From a virus, in the IMG/VR virus record IMGVR_UViG_3300044535_002275, positions 64,001 through 128,000 of that record: a DNA stretch of 64,000 bases; one strand, 5' to 3'. Below are positions 55,458 to 64,000 of the stretch, piece after piece (within the stretch, counting starts at the first letter, position 1; each line of letters starts with the position of its first letter). The notes beneath the pieces were generated by a model. The model saw only the letters and a list, made by a program, of their open reading frames with translations. It did no database searches and was not told the origin of the DNA. A program made the translations under genes and the position numbers.

Positions 55458-56548
55458 GTTTTTAACAAGTCTCTTACAGTTTTCATGGCACTACCAATTA
55501 CTTGATGCATGTCGTAATATCTATATTCTCCTAGCCTTCCACCTATTATAACATTGTTTAAGGTTTCTGCGCGATCTTGATATTGCCTAAATTTACTGGT
55601 ATTTGCTTCATCATTTACGGGGTAGTATGGAACCAAATTTCTATTCCATTCAACAGGTCTTTCCCAAGTAACAACTGTTTTTGAACTTTGTGTTTGAGCA
55701 AAATGTCGATGTTCGATAATTCTGGTATAATCTTGGTCAGGATCACAATTGTTAATCACTGCACATCCTTGGTAATTGTCGGTGTCCAGTACTTTTGTTT
55801 CAAAAGACAATGTGCGATATTCCAACTCACCGTATTCATAGTCGAAAAATTGATCAATTTTTCCAGTGTAAACAACACATTTGCCCTGTTGATCCCAGTA
55901 AGATTTATTTTCAAAATAATCCACGTTGGTTTTTACTTCGATACCTTTTAACATGTGTTGGAACAATGCGGTATATCCCGATTCTGGAATGCCTTGATAT
56001 CGGTCATTGAAATATCGATTGTCGTAAGTGTATCTAATAGGCAACCGTTTGATTATCCAAGGCGGCAACAGAGTTGGATCTCTTTGCCATTGTTTTTTAG
56101 TATAGTCCTTGATCAACAAATCGTAGACATCTTGTCCTACTAGACTTATTGCTTGCTCTTCAAGATTAGTTATTTCTTTTTTAGTTCTTTGCTGTTGTAT
56201 TTTGCTACGCACAATACTGGGATCAGTTTCTCCCCAGATCTCGTAGAATGTATTCATATTAAATGGCAAGCTATAAAGACGCTGGCCTCTAACAGCCTTG
56301 GGCATGTGAATATAGTTGTTGAAATCGGCAAACTTGTTTACAAATTCCCAAATTTCTCTGTTGTCAGTATGAAAAATGTGAGGACCGTACACATGTACAT
56401 CAATGCCCTCAATCTTGTCTGTGTAGGCATTGCCACCTATGTGTTGCCTGGACTCTAATACAAGGCAGCGTCGACCAGCATCGGTCATTAGTCTAGCAAA
56501 AGTTGCACCGTAAAAGCCTGCGCCAACAATAACGTAATCATACTTCAT
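55454..56548 (-). CDS. glf: UDP-galactopyranose mutase
   Basis: IVGAGFYG, HIGGN, YGPHIFHT, YFNDRYQGIP, GRLGEYRYYDM. Confidence 0.95.
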   Translation of the reverse strand: MKYDYVIVGAGFYGATFARLMTDAGRRCLVLESRQHIGGNAYTDKIEGIDVHVYGPHIFHTDNREIWEFVNKFADFNNYIHMPKAVRGQRLYSLPFNMNTFYEIWGETDPSIVRSKIQQQRTKKEITNLEEQAISLVGQDVYDLLIKDYTKKQWQRDPTLLPPWIIKRLPIRYTYDNRYFNDRYQGIPESGYTALFQHMLKGIEVKTNVDYFENKSYWDQQGKCVVYTGKIDQFFDYEYGELEYRTLSFETKVLDTDNYQGCAVINNCDPDQDYTRIIEHRHFAQTQSSKTVVTWERPVEWNRNLVPYYPVNDEANTSKFRQYQDRAETLNNVIIGGRLGEYRYYDMHQVIGSAMKTVRDLLKT

Positions 56549-57246
56549 CGATTGTCTACAAGTCCTATGCCCATGACACTGCCACGAATACGTAACAGCA
56601 CATCATCGTATTGATCAGTCCACTCATGCAGTTTTTCTTGAGGATATTGTTTCTGTAAATCTTGCCAAATTTGTTGAGTGCCTGGACAAAAGATATTTTT
56701 AATATCGTGAAAAGCCATCATTTTGGCATTGGAACAGACTGCTGCATAATCGCGTTTGACACCGCTGTAACTGTGATCTCCATCAATCAAGATCAGATCC
56801 CATTTCTTTGATTTAATCAAACTCACAAAAGACTCGTCGTGACTAGAGTCAGTGAGATAAGTGACGTTTGTGTTGAGTTTTGCATAGTCGTGCATAATGT
56901 CTCTGGGCCAATTATCAACGGCCAAACAACTTTCCATCTCGTTAAATCTGGCCAGGTATTCGCAAGTGATGATAAATGTACCACCTTTGTGGCATCCAAT
57001 TTCTACATAATTTTGAATTTTGCAACGGGACAAATAACACAAATATTTGCTGAACTGGTTAGGATATTGCCAGCTGTCGACACCAATGCCGCAGTAGCGG
57101 TGAAGATGCTCGGGATATTGATGCATGTGACGATCGTTTAGACCCAATTCAGGTAATAAACGATATTCCAGGTAAGCAGGATCGGATAGTTTTTCAATTG
57201 ATTCGTTACGAATGCGCTCAACAACATCTAATAATTTTTTATTCAT
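56545..57246 (-). CDS. SAM-dependent methyltransferase (Methyltransf_24-like)
   Basis: VEIGCHKGG, IDGDHSY, FHD. Confidence 0.82.
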   Translation of the reverse strand: MNKKLLDVVERIRNESIEKLSDPAYLEYRLLPELGLNDRHMHQYPEHLHRYCGIGVDSWQYPNQFSKYLCYLSRCKIQNYVEIGCHKGGTFIITCEYLARFNEMESCLAVDNWPRDIMHDYAKLNTNVTYLTDSSHDESFVSLIKSKKWDLILIDGDHSYSGVKRDYAAVCSNAKMMAFHDIKNIFCPGTQQIWQDLQKQYPQEKLHEWTDQYDDVLLRIRGSVMGIGLVDNR

Positions 57247-57250
57247 AATT

Positions 57251-58069
57251 TTAAGCTTTATCTATTCTAGATACTTGATTATTAACGTCCGCTGCTAGCA
57301 TTTTGTCCCAAGGATCAACTTTTTTAGACAGTACATCGTCCCATCGAGACATGTCTACTCCCTTTGATTTTAAATACTCAGCAATCACAGTAGCATCTTT
57401 AAACCTGGCTACTCTGTTAGAGACATGATTAAAATCTCTGGGATCGTTGATGTTGCCTTCGAAAATCTTACGTCTTTGATAAGTCGAATCGTTGTTGTTA
57501 CCTGTTAAATCAAAACGGTCGTGTTTGACCCGAACATCAATGCGTTGCATAATATCCAAGATCCAAGCAATTTGACTCAGCCAAGCATCATTCAATTGAT
57601 GCAGACTCAGATGCCCAACCACTTCAAACCATTCACGCGGCACAATAGGAAAAATACTGTAAGGATGTAAGTTATGCGTATCAAACGCCTGTAAGCAAAA
57701 TCGACCAGTGTAGCTGTTGATTACTGAGTCCCATCCTGGCGTCTCCATCACAGCATCGTCGTTCCAAAAAACAAACCAATTGCCCTCGGCTGCCGCAGCC
57801 AATGCATTAACATATTGATTTAGTCTTTCGTAGCCTAGTGGTGCAAATTGTAAACAGGTATATGTTCCACCTGATTCAATAATTTCGGGTATGACGTTAG
57901 TTTCAAACCAACGATACGACAACTGATCATCGGAGTCAAATCCAAATAACCATTCAATGGAAGTTGGATTGTCAGCAGTTGTAATTAAACTTTTAACACT
58001 GTGAGCCAATTGCTCGGTCCTACCGCGTGTGGGTAATAAAATACTAATTTTAGTTGAATTGTTGGACAT
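57251..58069 (-). CDS. Glycosyltransferase family 2-like
   Basis: ISILLPTRGR, FWNDD. Confidence 0.8.
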   Translation of the reverse strand: MSNNSTKISILLPTRGRTEQLAHSVKSLITTADNPTSIEWLFGFDSDDQLSYRWFETNVIPEIIESGGTYTCLQFAPLGYERLNQYVNALAAAAEGNWFVFWNDDAVMETPGWDSVINSYTGRFCLQAFDTHNLHPYSIFPIVPREWFEVVGHLSLHQLNDAWLSQIAWILDIMQRIDVRVKHDRFDLTGNNNDSTYQRRKIFEGNINDPRDFNHVSNRVARFKDATVIAEYLKSKGVDMSRWDDVLSKKVDPWDKMLAADVNNQVSRIDKA

Positions 58070-58880
58070 GTTGATGTAGAGAATTTAATTGAGTCACTAA
58101 CTTTTCTAATTGATTAAGCGGTATCATGTTAGGACCGTCACTGGGTGCCGATTCAGGATCTTGGTGTGTTTCAACAAACACTGCCGATACTGATCCAGTT
58201 GCTACAGCCGCCTGGGCCAATGGTGCGACCATCCGACGGTCGCCGCCTGAGCTTGAGCCAAGTGCTCCAGGCTGCTGAACGCTATGTGTTGCATCATAAA
58301 CCACGGGATAACCAGTATGTGCCATAGTAGGTAAACTGCGCATATCGACCACAAGATTATTGTATCCATGTGTGTATCCTCTTTCGCAAAGCATAATTCT
58401 TTGATTACCTGTGGAGGCAATCTTGGCTGCAACATTGGCCATATCTTGTGGAGCAAGAAACTGACCTTTTTTTACATTTACAACACAACCAGTAGCACCA
58501 GCAGCTAGCAGTAAGTCAGTTTGCCGACACAAGAATGCCGGAATTTGTAGGACATCGATGCCAGCATCGGCACAGATCTGTGCTTGATAGCTTTCGTGTA
58601 TGTCTGTCAATACCGGCACACCATACCTGTGTTTGATGCCGTTAAGAATTTTTAAACCCTCATCTATACCAACACCGCGAGGTGTGCCAGCACTGCTTCT
58701 ATTGGCTTTGTCGAAGCTGCTTTTGTAGATAAAAGGAATGCTTAAAGGACGAACAATATCTAAAATTGAACCCACTATATGTTGAGCATGCATTTCACTC
58801 TCAATTTGACAAGGTCCAGCAATCAGCACCAACGGGTTGTTACCACCAATGATCATGCGATTGATTTGGATTGTTTTCAT
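58050..58880 (-). CDS. kdsA: KDO 8-phosphate synthase
   Basis: IAGPCQIES, SFDKANRSS, QIPAFLCRQTDLL, KKGQF, DATHSVQ, SDGPN. Confidence 0.95.
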   Translation of the reverse strand: MKTIQINRMIIGGNNPLVLIAGPCQIESEMHAQHIVGSILDIVRPLSIPFIYKSSFDKANRSSAGTPRGVGIDEGLKILNGIKHRYGVPVLTDIHESYQAQICADAGIDVLQIPAFLCRQTDLLLAAGATGCVVNVKKGQFLAPQDMANVAAKIASTGNQRIMLCERGYTHGYNNLVVDMRSLPTMAHTGYPVVYDATHSVQQPGALGSSSGGDRRMVAPLAQAAVATGSVSAVFVETHQDPESAPSDGPNMIPLNQLEKLVTQLNSLHQHVQQFN

Positions 58881-58883
58881 ATA

Positions 58884-59411
58884 TTACCCTTCGTATGTGG
58901 CAGAATTTCCAGCATGTTCAAAAACTTCTACGCTCTTGATACGCACTGATGGATTTAATGGATACCGATGATTTCCATTCTTTAGCAACCAATCCATTTT
59001 TTCGTAGCACATTTTGGCAAACAATTCGCAGCCCACTCCTTCTACAATGCGTAGATCACACACACCGCTGCGGCGATATGGTTCAGTTTGCACTCTATTC
59101 GGATTTCCGTCATGCTCTGGATTACTACTCCATCCGGCCATTTCTTTAAATCTATCTAGTAGAGGATCATCGTGTGCAATCACAGTAGTATGATCAAACA
59201 TATTGTCGGCCCATGCTTTGAAGTCTTTTAAACCTCCAAAATCCATGCCCCAGTTTTTTTCGTCAAGAGTATCACATTCAAATACCAATTTAATACCAAT
59301 CGAGTAACCGTGGAGCAGCGAGCAATGACTGTGTGTGGCACGCCACTGTCTAAAACAGCATGACAGACCTCTATCGTTGCCGTATGTTTTTGTTGAAAGA
59401 TATTTTGCCAT
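58884..59411 (-). CDS. queD: 6-carboxytetrahydropterin synthase / PTPS family
   Basis: CSLLHGY, DFGGLK, FDHT, GCE, EVFEH. Confidence 0.82.
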   Translation of the reverse strand: MAKYLSTKTYGNDRGLSCCFRQWRATHSHCSLLHGYSIGIKLVFECDTLDEKNWGMDFGGLKDFKAWADNMFDHTTVIAHDDPLLDRFKEMAGWSSNPEHDGNPNRVQTEPYRRSGVCDLRIVEGVGCELFAKMCYEKMDWLLKNGNHRYPLNPSVRIKSVEVFEHAGNSATYEG

Positions 59412-59487
59412 TATGTTTTCCTATGTTATAGTATAGCATAGGCAGCAGAGTTTGTATAGCGGGATGAATGCCGGAAGGCCGCTGTAA
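59412..59487 (-). promoter_or_regulatory. Candidate preQ1-I-like pseudoknot riboswitch upstream of queD
   Basis: P1 AGCGG/CCGCT, A-rich tail ATACAAAC, loop CGGCA pairs with TGCTG, CCTATG/CATAGG hairpin hides the Shine-Dalgarno. Confidence 0.5.
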
Positions 59488-59493
59488 CATTAA

Positions 59494-60189
59494 TTATCTA
59501 GGCGCAAAGTCTTGCTGTAATTTAATATTATCAAAAAACTCTTTTTTGACCCCAGGATCGGTACCAAACACACCTTTAAGCACTGTGGTCTGTGTCAAAC
59601 TTGAGTGTGCCATAATACCGCGATTCTCGCAGCAACCGTGTGTAGCTTGAATGTAAACGCCGACATTCTCGCTATCAGTGGCTCGCATTATTTCTCTTGC
59701 AATATCGTTGCAGAGTTCTTCTTGCAAAGTACCACGGCGAGCACACCACTGAGCAATCCTAGTATACTTAGATAGCCCGATAAGTTTATTTGCGGCAATA
59801 ATTCCAATGTAGGCAACACCGCTAACAGGCTGATGATGGTGACTACACATACTGCGCAACTCACTGCGCACAACCAACATACCTTCATATCTATCCTCGC
59901 TATCATTGGGAAACGCTGTGGCATCAGGAGCAGGTTCATATCGACCAGACATGATTTCGTACACATACATCTTGGCCAATCTACGTGCTGTGCCTTGACT
60001 GTTGGGATCTGTGACTGTATCAATGACCAGGCTTTGTAGCACATCTTCGAACTTGAGTGTGAGTTCGTCTACTAGTTGAGTTTTTTCTTCTTTTGTGATG
60101 TGTGCTGAAATGTTGTCTCCCGCCCAGTATCTGACCTTACCTGCTTCTAAGCGTTGGCGAATCACTTGTGATAAATGTTTTTCTTGCAT
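59494..60189 (-). CDS. folE: GTP cyclohydrolase I
   Basis: SMCSHHHQP, IGLSKY, LQEE, HGCCENRG. Confidence 0.95.
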   Translation of the reverse strand: MQEKHLSQVIRQRLEAGKVRYWAGDNISAHITKEEKTQLVDELTLKFEDVLQSLVIDTVTDPNSQGTARRLAKMYVYEIMSGRYEPAPDATAFPNDSEDRYEGMLVVRSELRSMCSHHHQPVSGVAYIGIIAANKLIGLSKYTRIAQWCARRGTLQEELCNDIAREIMRATDSENVGVYIQATHGCCENRGIMAHSSLTQTTVLKGVFGTDPGVKKEFFDNIKLQQDFAPR

Positions 60190-60234
60190 TGTATTTCTCC
60201 GAGTTATAGGGTCGAGGATGACCAATCATACTGT

Positions 60235-60263
60235 AGTATACAGTTTATTTAGACCTAAGTCAA
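60235..60263 (-). promoter_or_regulatory. Dual early/late promoter of folE
   Basis: TTGACT-17-TATACT with CTAAATA in the spacer. Confidence 0.7.
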
Positions 60264-60848
60264 TTAGATAAAGTAAAATTTTCGTAAATCAGGATAGACT
60301 TGTTGTGTAACGGTTTTGGTTATTTTGTCTAAGCTCTCTAGTCCCTTAGCACAATCTTCTAGCGTGGGACAATAGTGATAGCCGGCGGCAAAATACTCTT
60401 GTTGGGTCCATGGAGAAACACGCAAATCACGCCCATCGCTGCGTTGTTGGCTCATGGTATTGTATGCAACAATATCATCTAATAACACAGCACCTACTCG
60501 TCCCAACTGCAAGGGTTTGCCGTTGCCGAAACTGACACACTGCATCTGTCCAGGCCGATACATGCCCGGCGTTAAGCGTCTGGCACTGTCCCAAATCCTA
60601 GTGCCGTGAAATTGGTATTCACCTTGTTCCGACCATACATCGTCGTTGAGCATGTATTTGATACCCAATTGCCGCATCAATTGCGGAACACTGAGATAAG
60701 TGAACGCTGAGAATTCTGTAGCTGTGACACGATCGTATCGCATACACAGTTCGATTGCATGTGTGCAACAATCGGTTAAGACCACATAAGGTGCTCCGGT
60801 GTACACAGATAACCGGCGTTCAAACTCAAACAGCGTATCAAATGTCAT
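60264..60848 (-). CDS. Short DegT-like PLP-dependent aminotransferase
   Basis: DCCTHAIEL, WDSA, SFGNGKPL. Confidence 0.7.
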   Translation of the reverse strand: MTFDTLFEFERRLSVYTGAPYVVLTDCCTHAIELCMRYDRVTATEFSAFTYLSVPQLMRQLGIKYMLNDDVWSEQGEYQFHGTRIWDSARRLTPGMYRPGQMQCVSFGNGKPLQLGRVGAVLLDDIVAYNTMSQQRSDGRDLRVSPWTQQEYFAAGYHYCPTLEDCAKGLESLDKITKTVTQQVYPDLRKFYFI

Positions 60849-61795
60849 CGACTGTACCAGGCCCATGCATGAGTTAACATGTCGTTGAGCGTGTACTGAG
60901 GCTGCCATCCTGTGGCCGATTTAAATCGATCGGCACTGGCAGTAAGTTCTGCCGGATCACCGGGTCTAGCAGCACCAGTGCTGATTGCAGGATGAACACC
61001 TGTTATTTCTTCAACTGCTGCAATAACTTCTTTGTTGCTGATGCCTTGCAAGTTACCGAGATTATAGATTCCTGTCGCACTTTTTTCAACTGCCAATAAG
61101 TGTGCTTCGGCAAGATCCTCAACATGGATATAGTCTCTGACACAGGTGCCATCGTTTGTGGGATAGTCAGTACCATATAGAACAAATTCAGAACCTGTTC
61201 TAACACTTTCTAACAAGCGACTCATAATGTGAGTGCCACCTGCAGCATTGCCGTGACGTCCCTGAGGATCGGCGCCAGCTACGTTAAAATATCTAAATGC
61301 AGTAAACTGTTGATGATAAGCATGGTAATATGATTTCAGCAAGAACTCTACCATAAGTTTACTTTCGCCGTAAGGGCTAATAGGAAAGGTAGGATCTTCT
61401 TCACTAACTGGAACCATGACAGGTTCGCCATACACTGCTGCGCTACTACTAAAAATAACTTGTATATCGGTCAATCGATTGGCTTTAAGGTAATCCAATA
61501 ACTGTTTGGTCTTGACAAAATTATTTTCGTAGTAGATATCAGGATCTGTAACACTGGGTCCAACCAAACTGGTTCCAGCACAGTGTACTATAGCCACAGG
61601 CTCGGATCTAGCAATCATATGCAGACAATTGGTATCTACAAAATCAGTTTGCCAGTTTTCATCGGCAATTCCTTCCAAGTGAGTTGGAATAGTTCTGCGA
61701 TCAATGCCAATGACTCGATAGCCTGCTGCCTTAAATCTCAATACTGTTTGACCGCCAATGAATCCAGCAGCTCCGGTTACTATCACTGTTTTCAT
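60845..61795 (-). CDS. galE: UDP-glucose 4-epimerase
   Basis: VTGAAGFIG, SSSAAVYG, PYGESK, RYFNVAGA, DGTCVRDYIHVEDLA. Confidence 0.9.
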   Translation of the reverse strand: MKTVIVTGAAGFIGGQTVLRFKAAGYRVIGIDRRTIPTHLEGIADENWQTDFVDTNCLHMIARSEPVAIVHCAGTSLVGPSVTDPDIYYENNFVKTKQLLDYLKANRLTDIQVIFSSSAAVYGEPVMVPVSEEDPTFPISPYGESKLMVEFLLKSYYHAYHQQFTAFRYFNVAGADPQGRHGNAAGGTHIMSRLLESVRTGSEFVLYGTDYPTNDGTCVRDYIHVEDLAEAHLLAVEKSATGIYNLGNLQGISNKEVIAAVEEITGVHPAISTGAARPGDPAELTASADRFKSATGWQPQYTLNDMLTHAWAWYSR

Positions 61796-63003
61796 TGATG
61801 TTCCTTGTCTTTTCTTGCATGATACTTGGGCTGGCTTACATGGTCTCTATAACGATTACCGGCGCGATTCCACTGTTCACCTTTGCCTTGTAAAATATCA
61901 ACGATCCGATCAACAGTGCTGTTAGTCCAGTCACTGATTAAACCCATGTTGTGATGCGGCTGCGACAACAACATCTGCATCTTGTGATAAGCATCATCTA
62001 TGGACCAAGGAATATACAATCTTTGAGGATCGTCTGCAAAAGTTTCAGGAAAACTGCGATATGCAGGATATAAAACATTACAACCAAGAGTGTCAGCTTC
62101 GCTGACTGTGTTAGAAACCCAATCCTGTAATGCACAATTGAATAACACACGGCTGTCATTGAGCAAATTGTAGTAATCGTTTTTCTTGAGATTTTCGTAA
62201 ATTGTTAGACGCCCTTCGCTTTGCATTCTACGAGCACGGTCAACGTACTCAGGATTATTACTACGAAGTGGACCACCGGACAATACAGCAAACTCACATG
62301 GTTCAGAAGTCAATTGACTGTACATGTCAATGAGATCCATAAAGAAACCCGGTTGTTTTTCTTGGTCAAATCTAGCAGCAAATACAACTCGACGTTTACG
62401 TTCTGCCCAAGGACGGATATTTCCGATACCGCCGATGCGTTCTAACACTTCCTCTTTTCCAAATGCAAGACCTGAGATGTTGTAGATAGGAGCTGTCCAC
62501 CCTGCAATACGCATGTGAGCGACCATTTCTTCATTGGTGGCCAGCACATGAACATTAGGAATCTGATTTACCATGCGTTCATAAGTTGACATCCAGCCAG
62601 CCATGCCCCATACATGTACAAAATCATCAGGATCAATTGCTTGAGCCAAACAACGTACATAGATCTGCGGGCGAAGATTTTCTGGAACCTGATCCATGAT
62701 GTAAGGCAAGCTTTCAATGCCGGGTTGAAACATATCCTCAAAGTAAACAACATCTTGGCTGGTTACTTCGCCGTTGCGCATCATTTGAACCAGATTCATC
62801 ATCTGACTCATTGAAAAATAGCTGCGGCCGTGTGCGTCTAAAACTTGCCCCACTGAAATGCTTTGACTGTCGTCAATGGTCGAACCCGGCACATATACAA
62901 CATCAAGTCCCTGTCGATCAAAAACACGACGGTTCCATTCTGTTAGTTGCAGAGTGTATCGAGCTTCGTACGACTCTAGTCCCATGTAAAATAGTTTACG
63001 CAT
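61792..63003 (-). CDS. GT-B fold glycosyltransferase
   Basis: FAARFDQEKQP and QDWVSNTVSEA..LGC..LYP..RSFPE GT4-like C-terminal motifs. Confidence 0.7.
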   Translation of the reverse strand: MRKLFYMGLESYEARYTLQLTEWNRRVFDRQGLDVVYVPGSTIDDSQSISVGQVLDAHGRSYFSMSQMMNLVQMMRNGEVTSQDVVYFEDMFQPGIESLPYIMDQVPENLRPQIYVRCLAQAIDPDDFVHVWGMAGWMSTYERMVNQIPNVHVLATNEEMVAHMRIAGWTAPIYNISGLAFGKEEVLERIGGIGNIRPWAERKRRVVFAARFDQEKQPGFFMDLIDMYSQLTSEPCEFAVLSGGPLRSNNPEYVDRARRMQSEGRLTIYENLKKNDYYNLLNDSRVLFNCALQDWVSNTVSEADTLGCNVLYPAYRSFPETFADDPQRLYIPWSIDDAYHKMQMLLSQPHHNMGLISDWTNSTVDRIVDILQGKGEQWNRAGNRYRDHVSQPKYHARKDKEHQ

Positions 63004-63005
63004 AA

Positions 63006-63218
63006 TTAGCGAACCCTGGGTGCGTCTTGCATCCACATGTCTTTGACATGTTTACCCTGCAGTCTTTTATTAAACTGTTGGAAAGCATAGCTTTTCCAGT
63101 TGTAAAGATCTGCTTCGTTATAGCGATATCCGTAGTCCCGACAAAATTCAAGATACAGTTCAAGGTCATCAAAAATTTGTTGAACTTTAGGATTGGACTT
63201 AATAGTTAGCTTAGCCAT
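63006..63218 (-). CDS. Hypothetical protein
   Basis: IFDDLE.Y.EFCRDYGY.YNEADLY. Confidence 0.6.
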   Translation of the reverse strand: MAKLTIKSNPKVQQIFDDLELYLEFCRDYGYRYNEADLYNWKSYAFQQFNKRLQGKHVKDMWMQDAPRVR

Positions 63219-63864
63219 ATATTTTCCTTGCGTGATTACAATTGTAGTGAGGTAAATTAAAATTGCTCTCCCACCATAAGGTATGGTAGTGTTGAGCTCG
63301 TGTTATATCTATGTTGATATTTAGATAATTGTTCCAGGTATCAATTAATTTTGATTCTGTTAAGTTTGGGTGCCATGCACATTGTATGCTTGTAGTTAGC
63401 ACATCATTGCTGATAAAGTAAGTATTGTACAAAGGAGGTTGGTAAAGATACGGTTGTTCTTCGTCGAGATAGTATGGATGCCCGCTGGTTCCTCCCAGCC
63501 GTTCTTGTCTTTCAAAAAGAAGTTTACGGTCTACATCGGTGTCTATAGTAATAATAATATATTTTTTGTTTTTGATCAAGTTTAATTCGTTGCGAAACGG
63601 GGCAAGTTCTCCAAAATGCCCGTGTATGATCCAATTTTTTTCAGGCTCTGCAGAAATATTTTCAAATAGATATTTGTGTACATTTCTACCGCCGGTGCTA
63701 TGCACAGTTCCAACTGGCTGAGAATCCGAAACCGGAGCATGCGCATGTTCGTATACTTCAGAATTAAGATCTCCGCTGTTGGCAAAGGATTGATCCAGAC
63801 ACAGTAAATTTTTAAAATGATTGCCACCGGCCATTGGTGGATACGATATAATTACAGCTGGCAT
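63211..63864 (-). CDS. Hypothetical protein (sulfotransferase/P-loop-like N-terminus)
   Basis: ISYPPMAGGNHF. Confidence 0.5.
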   Translation of the reverse strand: MPAVIISYPPMAGGNHFKNLLCLDQSFANSGDLNSEVYEHAHAPVSDSQPVGTVHSTGGRNVHKYLFENISAEPEKNWIIHGHFGELAPFRNELNLIKNKKYIIITIDTDVDRKLLFERQERLGGTSGHPYYLDEEQPYLYQPPLYNTYFISNDVLTTSIQCAWHPNLTESKLIDTWNNYLNINIDITRAQHYHTLWWESNFNLPHYNCNHARKIYG

Positions 63865-64000
63865 TATACTGAAACTTTCTGAGATTGATGAGTTTCATAT
63901 TTAATCAAGCAACCGTTTTCACCATCTTCGGCTACTTCTATCCAGACACTACGTCCAGGATATCTGTTGGCAATCTGCAGGTACAGATCGTCGGCAATCA
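63864..64000 (-). CDS. C-terminal part of a QueD/PTPS-like protein (partial)
   Basis: ...IADDLYLQI...IEVAEDGENG read manually; stop overlaps the next ATG. Confidence 0.5.
   Translation of the reverse strand, partial: IADDLYLQIANRYPGRSVWIEVAEDGENGCLIKYETHQSQKVSV

Overview
This 64 kb window is part of a large T4-like/jumbo tailed phage genome. The host is inferred to be a freshwater Betaproteobacterium (Burkholderiales-type porin, PstS, TctA/TctC, RpoZ). Most genes lie on the - strand, with sigma70-type promoters (TTGACN-17-TAYAAT) and T4-like late TAAATA promoters. Contents in order: sugar-nucleotide and glycosylation genes; thyX; a MoxR AAA ATPase with a VWA/metallopeptidase partner; a TctA/TctC/PP-loop cassette; rubrerythrin; an envelope/signalling island (CHASE2 adenylate cyclase, PstS with Pho box, FecR, curlin, CsgG, CsgF, OmpA, porin); a circularly permuted tmRNA next to an HNH gene; rpoZ; 28 tRNA genes covering all 20 amino acids, interleaved with several unannotated structured RNAs and an antisense lysis cassette; a tandem array of small paralogous 'FxLxW' proteins; RNase H; and a folE/queD/queE plus LPS-sugar cluster. 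The main candidate novel system lies at the head of the main tRNA array. It is a 46-codon leader ORF (40438-40578, absent from the ORF track) that contains all 20 amino acids. Its stop codon sits in a 13-bp antiterminator arm that competes with an intrinsic terminator. This suggests a ribosome-coupled attenuator that switches phage tRNAs on when any host tRNA is depleted. Other highlights: a long-variable-arm tRNA with anticodon UAU, A54-U58 T-loop swaps in three tRNAs, an ORF whose stop codon lies inside tRNA-Lys, a preQ1-I-like element before queD, and a recurring 18-bp palindrome upstream of early promoters. All calls come from reading the sequence by eye; no searches or folding programs were run.
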